Program-made: the position numbers and the translations under genes
Assembly (NCBI RefSeq): GCF_964204865.1
Contig: NC_135253.1
Location: forward strand, 14,322,001-14,386,000
Source of the DNA: Styela clava
Taxonomy: Eukaryota
Reading direction: 5' to 3'
DNA: 64,000 nt
The notes under the pieces: model-generated
Databases searched by the model: none
Told to the model about the DNA's origin: nothing
What the model saw: only the letters and a program-made list of their open reading frames with translations
Shown: positions 30,601 to 45,600 of the stretch, one piece after another
How the letters are laid out: every line of letters starts with the position of its first letter
How positions within the stretch are numbered: position 1 is the stretch's first letter

Positions 30601-33600
30601 ATAAAATAATATACATAACTGACATATGCATTGCCGGCTCTAAACTGGCACTTTCATTTGGCAAAGTGCTCTCCCATTTAATTTCTGAAAATATAGGCGT
30701 TACAACAATCTCGACATCGAGATATTTTATTGAATTCACGCAATTGGCAATATTTAAATTTGACAAGAAGGTAATGAAGAATATTTTTGAGTTTTTTAGA
30801 CCATAGACCAACTACACCTGAACCGCAAATATGTGGGCATACCGCTGAGGATATTGTCGAAGGCTTAATTAGATTTCGGTTCAACATAGAAATTGATCAA
30901 ATATTTACTTTTCACTTATAGGAATCATTTTATTAAAAGTCAAACCAGATTCAAATGCAGGTTAAAAAGGCTATTTTGAATATCGTTTTTTGTTGCAGCG
31001 GTCTGGTTCAAGTATTATTATTATATATAAATCGATCTGAAATACAATTTAACATCCTTTTTCGTCAGGTCAACATTGTAATTTTAGGCTGGAGATATTC
31101 GAAGAATAGTTTTGCACGCAAAATCAGGGTTGTCGAAGAAAATTAGATTCGAATTACTATTGAAATTATTTGTTTTTTTCTTCCATCATCGAAATGACAT
31201 AATGATATATTTGAGTTTGAAGGTTCAAAATTTTCTTTTTATCGTTATATTAGTATTAGAATATTATCTGAATTCCGGGCCTAGAGCATTTCTGCCTAAC
31301 GTATTGCAACATTCGGTGCTTTGATTCAACAATGTGTGAGGTAATTCATTCATCGTAAAATACGACAAAAAGTTTGCCGTTACCTTGAGACTATGGCTCG
31401 AATGAATTCTAACGTAAATTGTATTAAACTTACACTATAATCTTTGTACGAAATTGGGAGTCAGTGGGTCGGGGGTAACAGACAAAAATAGTAAGATTGG
31501 CGGAACCAAATAAACATCTCAAAATATCTACGACTAGGAAATGAGTTGACGTCATAGTCATGGTTAGCTCAGGAAGCGTACACAGAATCCGTACATAGTA
31601 TCGAAAACACTCGTGTTCAAGAGCAATTGACACTTCATTGACGTTGATTATTGTTTATACCCCAAGACGAACAACCCAACAGTAAATCTGCGCTTTTTAG
31701 GTCCGGGTTATCCATGACCCATTCATTTTCACGATATTTTATCGACTCAAAATCTCAGGGTGTCTCTGATTCATGAGACAGTAGTTTCCCATAAATGTAA
31801 TAGTTACATTTTAGGATTATGATTCACATTGCAATCATTATCACAAAAACATTTGGTAAAATGTGATATACAGCAGTGATGCGGGATTCGTAAATATCCC
31901 ACTTTCAACGATAAAACTGACCGATACTGATAATTTATTGCTCAAAAATGACGATATCGCCGATCTTCTATATTTTGAAAATCGAACATGAAAATTTATA
32001 GAGATAATAAGAGTAGTCGAGATTTCTTCTGATTTTCAACATGTTTTATTCCACTCGGTAATGCAGACTTTAAATAAACTATCGATACAATCAATACCAA
32101 TAATGCTAAACTGAACGATATTTTCAACCAAAACCGATTAATCGGTAAGTATATTAATAGTATGTACATTAACTGAAAAGCAAATTCAGTGTTATCGTAT
32201 ACTCATACGAATAGTTTAAGCATATAACTAAATACCGAAATGCAACGGGATAAGAATGTACTGTAAAACTAAAATTTATGTTTGCACACCTTTATGAATT
32301 GAAAGACAGAAGTTGTGTTAAAATGACTGAGTAGCCTAAAATCGATGTTCAATTCTATCTTTTATTCATTTTTTTATTTCGTGTTTCGATGACTAGTGGT
32401 ACGCATTCCGCACGTCATTGCACTATATGTTATGAATTATATATATTAATCAGGGGCTTCACGACAGGGAAAACCTATAAATCATACGCATAACCGCGAA
32501 GCATCATTAGGAACTTATCTCTCTATTATGTAAACAACTTTATAAAGCAATCCCGCCCTGCAATCACCCAAGGGAATCATGGAAGATGACGTCACTTTCC
32601 ATCAACCATTCTATTTCTATACGATATTATCATATCCCTTCAAGCTCAATTAAGTCCACGAGTGTTTAGAATTGACTAGTTTAAATAAATAGAATTCATC
32701 AACTCATATGGCTGTGATTTGTTATTGTTTTATTGCGTTTGATGTGTTTCACTTCTGAATGCTCGAATAAAATCAAGTTAAATCTTATTTCAACATTATA
32801 TATCTAAATTTTTATCGATCGAAGATGCCCTGCTAATAAAGTCTAATAAGTAAAGTTCAATTTCGTTATACTTATTTAAAATTAATACTGTTCAAAAATT
32901 GTGTTTAGAGTAATTCGGATCATCGTTTATTCGAAAGAATTTTATGGAATTTGATAATTTAAATATTAGATTTAATTGCAAAATGCATTTCTAGAATATC
33001 TATCTATTTGGAAGTGGGCATTTTAAACTATATTTCACAAAAATCTAAGCAATACTAACTAATAAATAAGTGATATCTCTAAAAAATATTAATTTATATT
33101 CAATATATAAATCGGTAACATTCACTTACTCAATATCACAATCTTGAAATTTCCAAAGATAAATTAAAATTCGATAATATGAATACATAAGCATAATCAA
33201 ATGTGACCGCAAGTTCGTAGATTTTTATTGACGTAAACTGTACAGTTAAGTATAGGTCGGTAGGTTCATTACATAGGAATTTGATAATGGTTATATTTAA
33301 CCATGAATACGAAATTTACTTGACTTTTGTTCAATTCGACGAACTTTGATTTTCTACTAATTCGTGTAGTTGGTTTCTGTCATTTAAATCATTATCTGGG
33401 TGATAATTTTCGATTCTCATAATTTTGTGGTTAAATAATACGTGGAGGAAAGTGATAACGTAAATCGCGCTATTTTGTTAAAAACGTAGCATAGGATATT
33501 TGTTACGATATCTAAAAACAAAAATCACGATATCATATGACAAATTGGTTTGACCGACCTACTTAGACTTGAAAAGACCAACCTCTTTGAAATGAAGTGG

Positions 33601-36600
33601 GTGGATGACATCATTTTATTTTTGTTAGACTGGGCAGGTGACAGGTCATGGTGAACGACTAAGGACCTATAGATGTAATCGTAGTATGGAGAATCCTGCA
33701 ATCAAAGTCGTTACAGGTCAGGAGTGAATGTCTGAATAATAAAACTTCACGATATAATCACAAAATTTGGTGAACGGCCCAGTCCACAATTGATTATCTT
33801 CAACATGTTACCATACATACCAATGAATATAATAAAACGTTCTCCATAAACAGTATCAAATCACAGCAAAATTTTACTGAACTTCAAGTTAAATGGTGAA
33901 ATAAAAATACATCCATTGTGATGTACTCGCGTAAATGAGACGATAAATCTAAGAAGTGGCAAAAGTAGAGGGTAATACAAGATATATTTGAAGTGGTGGA
34001 ATTAAATCAATGGTTGTTTAGACGTGAATACCATGGGCATTATTCAAAAGGGAAAGACGTACAAACAGATGAAAAAAGTTCCAATGCGCAATGACTAATA
34101 TTAGAAACGCAATATACAAACAGCAGAATAGAACAATGACACCCGATTAGGGTCTGTCATCAACTTCATTTGCCTAGAATATTAGAAACAAAAAGGTAGA
34201 ACAAAAGGAATCGTTAACTTCAATGAAAACGATAACACGATTGATCATCATTTGAACTTTGGGGAATTAACCACAAATCTGCAAGAACATTCGTTTTATG
34301 TATATCATCACATGTTACGCCAAATCAAACATTACAACAACCATTACTACATGCTGGTACTGTACTGATATCACCAACGTCAATGCAGCTGGGTATATCA
34401 TCTTGTAAGTAACGTCCTATCAACAATGCAAGACGATGCCAACAGCTGGGCTCGAATAATAGGAATGAAACTAATTACCGACCGCATAATTGAGGCCACT
34501 GGGAGGAGTACGGATGTTATATGGTATTGATGACATGAACTTGGATTAAGCTATAGATTAATGATGACGTATATACTTTACAGTTGTGTCCTATTTTTTA
34601 CAATTTAATGAGAAATTACGACGCGACAATAAAATGTGGCTAGAGCCTTCGAAAGCTTGTTCAATACGAATGCAATTCAGTGAATCAATAAAAAACTTAA
34701 TAATGATTTGAACAACTTACTACCTTAGCACCGCATCAAGATTGGTATTAAGTAATCCACATGCGAACACATAGCACCAATATTACAAAATTGTATAGGT
34801 AAATTGCACATTGTAATAAAGTGGCAACTGTCGATAGAAGTTCTACTCGTGAAGATATCGACAATACATAAAGCACAGCTTCGGCCGAGGTTCAATACAT
34901 ATTGCGAATATATTGAGTGAGAAAATGGGACTTGCAGATTGAAAAGTAGGGAAAGCGAGTCGCTTATTTTGTTAAATCTTTTATGATTTTAATAATTATC
35001 GAAAATCTGAAGCGAGTAAAAACGTGATTGAAATATAATAACTTGTAATACGTGATGAGAAATTTTGTAAAACGTGCTGAAAATTCAATTGAAAGAGTGT
35101 TATCTTTGGTAAAATCCGATTACCTTGTCATATTATGTCGATTTATGACAGTATTAAATAAATATCTAATGAATAGTAAAACAAGTAGTCTCTCACCACT
35201 ATGATGTGTTAGTGCAAACAAATTATACGTTACTAAACATGCTTGTGCTATGACGATTTTTTAAATCAAATTATTAAGATTTGTATATCGAAAATGAGAC
35301 TGTATTACAGTCGTTCGGTTAAGTCAAGCAAAACTATCAGTTTTTGACTCTACGAAATTGATAGTATAGTCTTTGCAGTTTAAATATTGTACTTTTTTTC
35401 AATGGATTTATCTACCGGTAATTTTAATTTTTTGTTCGAATGTACAATTTTTTTACGAGATTAAATATCTGAATTTGACTCTAATTTTAAATATTTTATC
35501 GCGGATGTCATCAGTTTGTATGTATGTATTGGGGATAGATTTCATGCATATTTTCATTTTTAAGTTTTTTTATTTCAAATCTTCGGCATCGAAAACCACA
35601 ATGACATAAGACAATAATTTATGTATTTTTTCGCTATTGTAAGTAAAACTTTTTTACTGCATTATCACACGTCTTAATGATTGTGTACCACCCACATATA
35701 CTTAGTGAAGTGATGCAAAGTCGGCGGTAAAGAGGTGTCCTTGTTTGTGTTTATCGTATGCCTGAAGCGTATTGTCGATCAAAAAGTGAAAGAAAACATG
35801 ACAACATTCAAAATCGTGCCGTAATTGGGCGAAAAATATTCGGCAAATATCGTAACGCGAAGTATGATATAATGATTTGAAATAGACAAAATTTACTGGC
35901 ATTTAACAGTAAATTGAATTTACGAACTGCCCTAAAATGTAATTAGTGTATTTGTCAAAGTAGCACAAATCGACCATCTTCTAAGTCGAAATAAGAGTTG
36001 ACGAGAATCCATCAGCACCTTGCAATTACCATTACCAATCAGTCAACCACATGATTAGACGGGTCAAACTTTACTAATGAAAATCAATAATTTTACTAAA
36101 AAAGTTTTTACTCAAAAAGTAAAGGTGATAGCATCTGAATTACCTGAGGCGATGCGATTATAGATTGTGCATCCCTGGTACTGTGTGAGTGTTGAAAATA
36201 GGCATGAAAGCCTATGAGCTCATTATATCTTAGGTTAGAAAATGTATACAGCCTGTTGCGCTTGGTGTGCAACATTAAAATAGTGTTAATATTAGATAAA
36301 ATTGAGAATTCGTGAGTCAACGTTAATGTCACTGTCTTTATAGAAAACATTCCTTTCAATTGTATATTATGAAATTTGAAGATAACTTTGTACGTGCCGC
36401 AATTCTGAGCATATACCTGAAGATGTTGTTTCTGTTTGAAAGTGTTTGCAGGGCAGAGATTACCAGTATTGACAGAAATAGAATGAAGAGAGTTTGCACT
36501 TTCGATCAACCCAGATGATTTTCACTTTTCAGACTCAGAAGTTAGTTTCATTGGCAATTGTTTGGTCAGAACAATAGTTAAAATCCCACAGGCGGTCTGA

Positions 36601-39600
36601 CCTTAAATCATGTTTCTTTATAAAGGAAAAAAAATTGTACACGAACTCGACTTGTGGGAGAAAACGAGATGGTGCGAATGCGCTTATATACTCTTTGTGT
36701 AACAGAACAATAATTGTGGGGATAAAGTGGGTTCGGGGTTCACCGAGAGGACTATAATGATACAAAATAAACCTTTTAGGTGGCCATTAACGAACCAAGC
36801 AAACAAACGGAATCCTTTGATTGAGCATAGGTAATAGCATTGAGCATAGGTCGCTATGTAATAGATAATTTCACATTCTAGACCTCGGGCAACCGAGAAT
36901 CGTCGTATTGCAACATGGATATGAACGAATCTCAAACAATCCAAAAGCGGATCCCAGATGAGCGCAGTGTGGAACGCGTACAAACCCGTTTGAATTGATC
37001 GTGTTTGATGTGATCATAGATATTTTGATTTCATATATCTGACACCTGACTGGCGAGTACTGAATAAAAATTATAAAAAAAAACGACAAAGCGAGACGAT
37101 TGTGGGAAAACGAGAAATATTTTTTGTGTATATTTACGTAAAATGTATGAAAAGATGTTGCCTTTGCGTGTGATAGGGCGATTTACGCTCTACGGGATTT
37201 TGTTTGGCTTCCGGGCCCGCTGCGAAGGCGCAAATTATCTTAATGCTGGGCGATTTTAACACATTTAGTATATACCTTACTGAATAATGTGGAGCCCACC
37301 TGTTTTCAAAGTACATTTGCCGATTTCCATGTATCAAAGAAAATTGTCGCGGGATTATGCGGTATAGACATAGCATAAACAGCTTCGTGAAAAAATACGA
37401 TAGAACATTCGATATTGATGGTGAAAGTTTTCCCCCAAAAAATGTTACATGCATCGCTAGCCATATGGTTTTTCGGACAGGGGGGGATTAATAGGCGTAA
37501 TAGCATTTTCATATAATTAATTGCCGGTACATACGGTACCTCAATATCAGGGTATTTATTTCTCACAATAACCACAGTGACTCTGTTGAGTAATAGTATT
37601 AGCTTCAAGCAAGTTTGAGGATGCTATTCAAAAAATTACGTGTTGTATCCATGTTTGATAATCCTGTTAACATACAAATTTAAATGTGTATTCAGTTATT
37701 TTATTTAAGGCAATTTGGTTGAGCAAAGGCTAAACTGAACAAATATTCAAATTAGCAATGTTGGGTGCGTTAAAATATAGCAAAACCACTTTAAGAGTAA
37801 CTCAACTACAAGTGATACTTGAATGATGCTTGAGAGGTTAAGACGATTTAGCTAAATAGACATGGATTAAGATAGGTCACACTTGAACCTCTACCTACAA
37901 TACGGTGTTTTGATTGTTTCAGGCTTGATCACATATGATCTGGTGAATACGTAGTTCACAAAAGCTCACTTTGTTTGCACATATTTCACACTGAAAATGA
38001 AGGTCGTCAGAAGAAAAATGATAGCACGTTAACAGGATGAAATCTGACATCTAGCCTTATCTGGCATGTTTCAGCTGATATAAATTGATAACTGACATAT
38101 GAGACAGTGGGTTTTGCGATATGTCTATCCACATCCGCTGGTGTGCATATAGAATTTAAAAAAAAGATTTGATGCAAATGATGAGATATGACAATTCAGT
38201 TATCATTGTTAACTCGCAACTGAAATATCAACGGGAGTCTATGGGACCATTGGAATGCCAGTTTCTCCAGCATTTCTAGGAGGCAGACACCACAAGAATC
38301 TACGGTGCTACGTGCAGCAAAAATCTTAAATTTGCCTATACCAAAACGCTGCACACACCTGGCAAGTCGCCAAAATTGCTTATAAGCTATTAGGTTTCGC
38401 CAACACAAAATGGCACATACTTCAGGGGTCATCATATTACGTAGCCCGTTGACTTTGACAAATACACGAATAAATATTTGAATAAGTGCGATTTCACCAT
38501 GATCGTATGTATACATACGTACACACTACATGACCACAATGCCTCGCACACAATACCTTATTATTGTACCACATGCAGACACACTGTCTGCAACGCTAAC
38601 ATTGTATGTTTAACTTTGAGCCACAATGAATGAAACCATTAAATTAATGTTGGCTTTGAATTGTTTAGTTAAAGATTGCTTGCTAAGTAAAAATATAAAG
38701 TAAAGTCGAAGGTACTGTCCAGAATATTGCGACACGGGTATTTGAGAATTCAATAGACCAGGGTACAAGATTAGCCTTGGCATTGATGTGATTGGAATCG
38801 TTGCATTTTCTTTTTCATTGTTCTTTATTAAGTGAACACCCACTAAATGTCTTATTTTTCAACAGAATTGTTTTTCAATACTTCATCAATACTACATTTT
38901 GAACAAAATTCCGAAATATCAGACTGTGTATTGTCTGTCAAACTCAGATGAACCATATAGTTCCAGTTCAACCGTCCGCAAAAGAAAATAACAAAAATCT
39001 TTGAAGTATAACAACCACAGTAAGGTCATACATAGAAAAATGTCATAATAATTGAGTTGCAATATTTACCTGTCTAAATCTAATATTGATTCGGTACATG
39101 GCAACGTTTATAAAACTAAATAAAAGTATAAAAACTCTGACGTCAAGAAATTTTAGTATATCTGCAACTCGAAGTTTCAAAATTCGAGAATTGTAAAAAA
39201 ACAGTTTACCCATGAACATCGAGAACGTGGACCAAGCTTGAGTAAGCGTTTGTCAAAGATAAGTTGATGAACATACAATTGGAGCATAGTAAATAAAGTT
39301 ATCAACGTCGCTTCCTCCCTGATTTTCCAGTAAATATTGACCATTAAATATGGAGGTTTGTAGTGTTTGATGAAGTCATCTATAAATTTTGATCCGCCCG
39401 TGCTCAGCTAACTTCAATGCGCCAAATTTGAATTGACATTTGAAAAATTGAACAAATTTTAGCTCATACAAAACAGATGGTATTTGATAAGATATTTCAG
39501 ATTAATTGGTTTAAATCCTCATGTTGGTTACATCAATTAACGTTCCGATATCACGGCCTAGTAATAACATTAAAATGTCGATTTGAATTTTCAACATTAT

Positions 39601-42600
39601 TATAGCTTAAGGTAGGATGGGTGCGGTATAAAATCGTGGTGATAAGCCCAGTTGAGTCAGAATCGTTTTAGACATGTCGTACACTCAATGTCCCGTCTAA
39701 ATAAAAAGTAGGCAATATGGAATTATAGTTGAAATATGGATGGATATATGGTCCGGATCACCATTTGAATGTAATCTTCTGTAGAGAGTTATTGCGCTGC
39801 AATATCGGTCTGGATTTAATCACTGCCAATCCGTATTATTTACTGATATTAGATGAAATTTTCAATATTTGAGATATAGTTTGCTGGTACTTTACAAAAC
39901 GGGGTCTGAGAATCATGTCACATCTTGACTCGTCAATCCGTCCGCATTATGATCTTAAAGATAATCTATGTATGTATGCCGTGTACAATCTGCACATCAC
40001 GATAATATTTTCGTCGATATGTAGATTTTGTGAAATAAAATAAAAAAGATGGTGGATGATAACAAGAGTTGAAATGTTAGTATCCTGTACGCAACTATAA
40101 CTGAATGTTAAAATACCATGCGTTGTTTGTATACGTGAATCCATGACCATATCTATGTAATAATCTATCTTATTTTCACTTAAATATGGCCGGGGGCGAA
40201 TGTCCCCACCGCGGCATGCACGTCATCAACATGCAGAATATTCTAGACTAGAAGATATGCATCAAAATCGTACCTAGGTAAGGAACGGTAAATTAACTTT
40301 TGCAGAAAATGAAACTCTAGCTGCATGTCGGAACGCCCAATATGGGTCCTTTACAAATCTTATTCTAATAAATGAAATGCTATGCAATTCACTGCCACTG
40401 TTTTAATACAGAATTGAACTTGCAGAATGTAGCAGGCAGTTAAACGTGCAATGGTTTATTATTATTAATCATGTTGTAACGGAGTCTTACAATGCAGGAT
40501 TTGGAAATATATATACCTTAATAAATGCCTTTGCTAAAATCGAGCATCCATCCAGTTTTATGTAGTCCTAAAGACTCTAAATAAAATCATTTCAAATTTA
40601 AATCATCTTATCAGTTAGTACAGAATTTCAGTAACTTTCTTCAATTCAAAAATGCAACGCTCGTCCAAATAGAAAATATTGAGTAGGTCAGTTAGTATCA
40701 GATAGATTAGTAGCTTTCGATATTTGTTAAGACAGGTGCTTAACTTCAAGTGGTCTTGTCAGCAACGATATGTCATTTTCAATAGATTGAAGTCTTTCTT
40801 AAGATATTATGTTTACCGGATTAGGAGCTCTTTGAAGTATAACAAGTAGTCATAAGTAACGAGACTGATCAGTTGAGTTCGGTGACTGAGAAATGTTGGA
40901 TCCATTCGTGTAAGTCAACAAAGGTAATACACTGATAAGCAGAAACAAAAGACAAATACCACAGGGATGGCCACCAATACAGATGCATTCTGAGAAAATA
41001 TTTTTTGATTTGGAATATGAGATGTTAATTACCAGTATGTACGTTTAAATCTACTTGTGTGACGGTCTAAATTCCTAATTTTTTTAATACGATTGTTTTA
41101 AATTAATCCTAGACTTATTATATCGAATATAATTTATTTTAAATGAATTCGAATCGTTTTGTACATCCATGCAAATACGTTTTCAATCAAAGAATACAGC
41201 CAATACTAGTCAAGATAAAATTAGTTGACAATTTGGTAAAAGGTCACAGGTGCTATTACAAGGAACCATTTATGAAAATCATTGTTTCAATCGAAGTGAT
41301 GAGGAATAGCTAGCGAATTCGTTATTCCTACTTTGACAATTTAAATAAGATTGGGAAAAGTAGGAAATCGTATCGTAGCTCGGTAGATATACGGGCATCA
41401 ATTTTGAGGGCCGGCATATGGCTATTGATGCCTATTGACCACTCTGGCAAATAAGGGTGATTGTTGCGACGGTGACGTAATGGTAAACTCGACAGAACCG
41501 ACGCTGATGTTGTTGTATCAGCAAATGAAACTAAACACTTGAATACGCTCATTGGTGATTGAACACCACTCTCGAAAAGGACTCTAATAAGAGAAAACGC
41601 AAGTTTTATTAGAAAAGATTTAGGACAGAAAGTATAAATTGGGATCGAGTTTGAAAAAATGATAACTCATATCTTGACGCACAAGGGTTGAGCTTTGTTG
41701 TGATTTTGTCATTATTGCCATTCTTAGATCGAAAGACCAATTTGAGGCAAATGATATCTATTTTCTTATGTTTCTTTGCAACGAAGCGATAAAATGAAAG
41801 TATATTCCGCCTTTCATTAATGTGTGGTGAATTCAATATAGCATAATGATGAACTCCGAAATGGAACAAAATGAAAATTGTAAATTTTTTCAAATGAATT
41901 TGATAAAATGATATTAGAACCACAATCAATTTGTATATTTAAGAGTAATGCGACATAAACTGGTATGAAACGAAGGAGTGTTGTACTTGTACACGATATT
42001 ACTTGTGTAACAAATTGCAGTGAGGAGAATGTTGTGATATAGAGGAGAAGCATTACTAGAAATTGATTTTTTTACATGTATTTCAGTTGTTAAATAACGC
42101 CTAACGCCAAACGTTTGTGACCCACAAATGTGTAAGTGTTGAGAACCAACTATTGAGAAAGTGTATACATTTGAAGTAATATTTATTGTTGATCGCCAGG
42201 CTGTGCCAGAGAATTTAGTATAAACACGTGCGTAACTCGAGAAGGTTGTGGTGAAAGGTTTAAATCAATGCGGTCGTGCCGGCAAATCCTTTGTCAGATA
42301 AACTAAAAGAGCCATCGCACGCGATTCCGAGAATGACACATCCGAATGATATTGCTGGGAATTATGGTCCTGATCGTAATCTATTGTTAAACATCAATAA
42401 GGTAAACTAACTTCAATGTGTGATATCCGAGGTTATAGAATTAGGACTGGTGAAAAAGCAGTGTATACTCATTCAAATTTGAAATTTCCATTTTAGTCTG
42501 AAATGTGACGAGAAGAATGGCTATTTTTATGGTTATTATGAATCTTGCCAATTTTTTTTCCGCCAAAACTAACATATCGTGTAACAACAAAATTAAAGAC

Positions 42601-45600
42601 AAAGTTTTCACCGAATTTATAAATACGGGTATATTTCTGATTAGCCGTAGTGGTATGTTATGTTACTCGTGTGCTCGACGACTATTTAACTGGTTGGAAT
42701 CGAAAAGCTTCAGAAATTGAGATAAACCATGAAGAAACAGTGAATCATATAGTATATAACAATTTCGCTGTAACTTGGTTATAAAATATTAGTCTGTAAA
42801 ACACATGGGGTGCGACGGCATATTTAACACATTCAAACAAAAGAAGCTTAAATTTTCGTCAGTCTGTGAGAAAAAACCTGGCCACCACGACTATTTGATT
42901 TGGGAAAGATAAACACTCGTGTTAGTTTGTTTACTTTTGATTGCAAACGATGTCCGAAGACAATGACCCAATTCACAGCATGTCTGTAAATTCACGATAG
43001 TTTGTGGGAATCGTCAAAGGTGATTCAATGCGTTTTACTACTAACTGGAAGTCACAAAAATAAGCAGAGTGAGAAATATTTGTTATGTGTAGAACATAGC
43101 ATGTCTTATTACAATATTTTACGATTTTACAATGTCGTATGTTTATCGGAAAATAAAATTACTAAAAGGACAAAGCATGTGGCTGTTTTGCCAGAAAAAT
43201 AGTAGCAAGGAACAGCTTCTTAGATGGTGTTGTCGCGTAATCTTCAAGAGTATGTTCTTATCAAGTGGATATGTTGTTATACTTGGAATAATAGCGTAGC
43301 TCAAGTGGCCTTAAGATCAAATTAAAATTGCTCTTTTGATAAAAAATAGATGAGAAGGTTAACCGTTATCGGTGAATAATAGTACAAAAGGCATATATAT
43401 ATAGGCAGTATATTAGGTAAATAGGAATACGATAACACCTTAATGTCGTCATCAACGCACACGTGTATGGAGGTAAATTACATGACTATGTATACGATAC
43501 TGAAATCTAATAAGTATAATTAACATGAATGAAATTAGACATTACACAACGACGTCCTTTGTATTGCACACTGATAGTAGGCCGGTTGGCGCCAATGTAT
43601 CTTTGTATTTGCCAAACCATGGTGCTGGACAAAGTATATTCTATATTTGTGCACAGGCTACCGTATATAAAGAAGACTGTTGAAAACTAATGAAAATTTC
43701 AAATATAAGACAGCAGACTATGTATTCGCAGAGGTCATGACCGACTAGTTCAATTTGTGATGGCAAAGGTTGAACGGAATCACGTTACCAAAAATTGAGA
43801 CCCATGAGACACTGTAGCTTGAATTCTGCAATACAAGTCATAGAAGTATTCAGAATAAGCCCCTGCCCTGCAGCTTATCAGGTTATTTATACTCGAATAG
43901 GGTTAAAATGTCAGCACTGTTTACGGTGGTCGTTAGGTAAGCTCATATGAGAACAAGAAAAGACAGGGTAAAAACCGACACAAAAGTAGGCAATATCGTG
44001 CGATAACGTTAGTCTGTAACTAAAAAAGAAAAAGAACGCAAGAAAGCAATCGCCATAGCTACACGCCCGAGGTTTCATCGGAAATTCAAATAATAGAGAT
44101 ACGAGCAGAGGCAAGCAACGTACGAAGAAGAGAAGATATCAACAATTACCGCAGGCAAAGTGGTTCACCTTCGCCGATTCCGACGTAATTAGGCGCGGAT
44201 TGAGCCTTGCCGTGCGTGCAGTGAAAATTTTAGATGAAAGTAGATGAATGTAAACTGTTGCATTCATTCAGAATTCCTGTCAGAAATAGTTAGTTTTTTT
44301 TTTCTGCAACTAAAATATTTTAATAAATATAAAATTGTTTTCGTTGATTTGATTTCGGTCATATTTGAAACGATGGCGATGCAATAAAATTCATGCTCTA
44401 CTTTGAAGTAGACTAGCATAAGATGATCGCAAGTTATATTCAATGAAATCAGTTTCAGTTTTTATTGATCTCAAAGGTGTAAAGGTGTTATTATTCCGTA
44501 CATTATTGCAACCTTTCTTATTATTCTCAGGTGTAAATAATAACAGTTCCAACTTAGTGCAAAATGGTGTAAATAACGAGTCAACCCTACAACTAGAAGT
44601 TGGAAATTTCAACTCGAGTGTACTTCCTAAGTTGGTATTCCGGTGACTGAGCAGTAAATGTTGATTGGTCGAGCAGAATCCCATTATATTGATCGGATTT
44701 CCGTTAAAGAACTGATAAAACCGGAATTTTAATTATCAGTAATATATTTGGGATATAAACACCATGGACGAATTGGATTACTATCTTCGAGTTGTCATTG
44801 GAAAAGATGCTGGACTTATATTTCTATGTGTGTTTGGAGCAGTTTTAAACAGCGTCATGCTGTATATGCTTTTGTCGAAAAAACAGGTACGTATTTGCGG
44901 CGTACTTCGAACGCATCCCCGGTGTTCATTTTTTCTGATTGGTAAAATATCGAAAAATATGTTTAAATTTTGTGAAAATGATTTGAAATCAATTTTGTAG
45001 CAGTTCAATTTATTGGCAGTTACAGAGTTTAACATGGCGAAATTACCGCCAAACGATACTGATAAGCATGTTGATAAGCATCCGACCAGACGTATCGAGC
45101 TGTAAGGTGAAAATCAGTTCAACGTTTTAAGACTAACAATTTATCACAGTTTGGTTTGATCATCACCAGACTAATATTAACATGAGGCGGGAATTTCGAT
45201 AAGCAGAAACTAACTAACTTTGGATCAGCTAAAATGTATGAAAGAAATACAGATATGAAGTTTGGAGCAAAAATAAGGATAGATTGGGATAATTCAGAAA
45301 ACAAACGTTAATCCGCGAACCGCAAAACGATACGTTAATCCGAAAAACATGCTACGCATCATCGTAAGTCGTCATCAAATGTGGATTTTTGCAATACCTT
45401 CGAAGGAAGCTATAAGTAAGAAAAACAATAACAGTTCGAACATAAAATACATTTACGACTCGGTGACTATATAAATAGGCCACACACGAATAATACAAGA
45501 ATTAATATAAATTGTTGCTGTAAGCTGTATACTTGCTCAAATGTGTTATCAAAACGACAAAAGACAAGTAGAATAATTTTTTGACAACCAAACTAAAGTT

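Noticed and set aside
30347-30811. 154-aa minus-strand ORF in the giant intron
   Set aside because: Non-ATG start, no recognisable motif, and no splice support linking it to TTC3.
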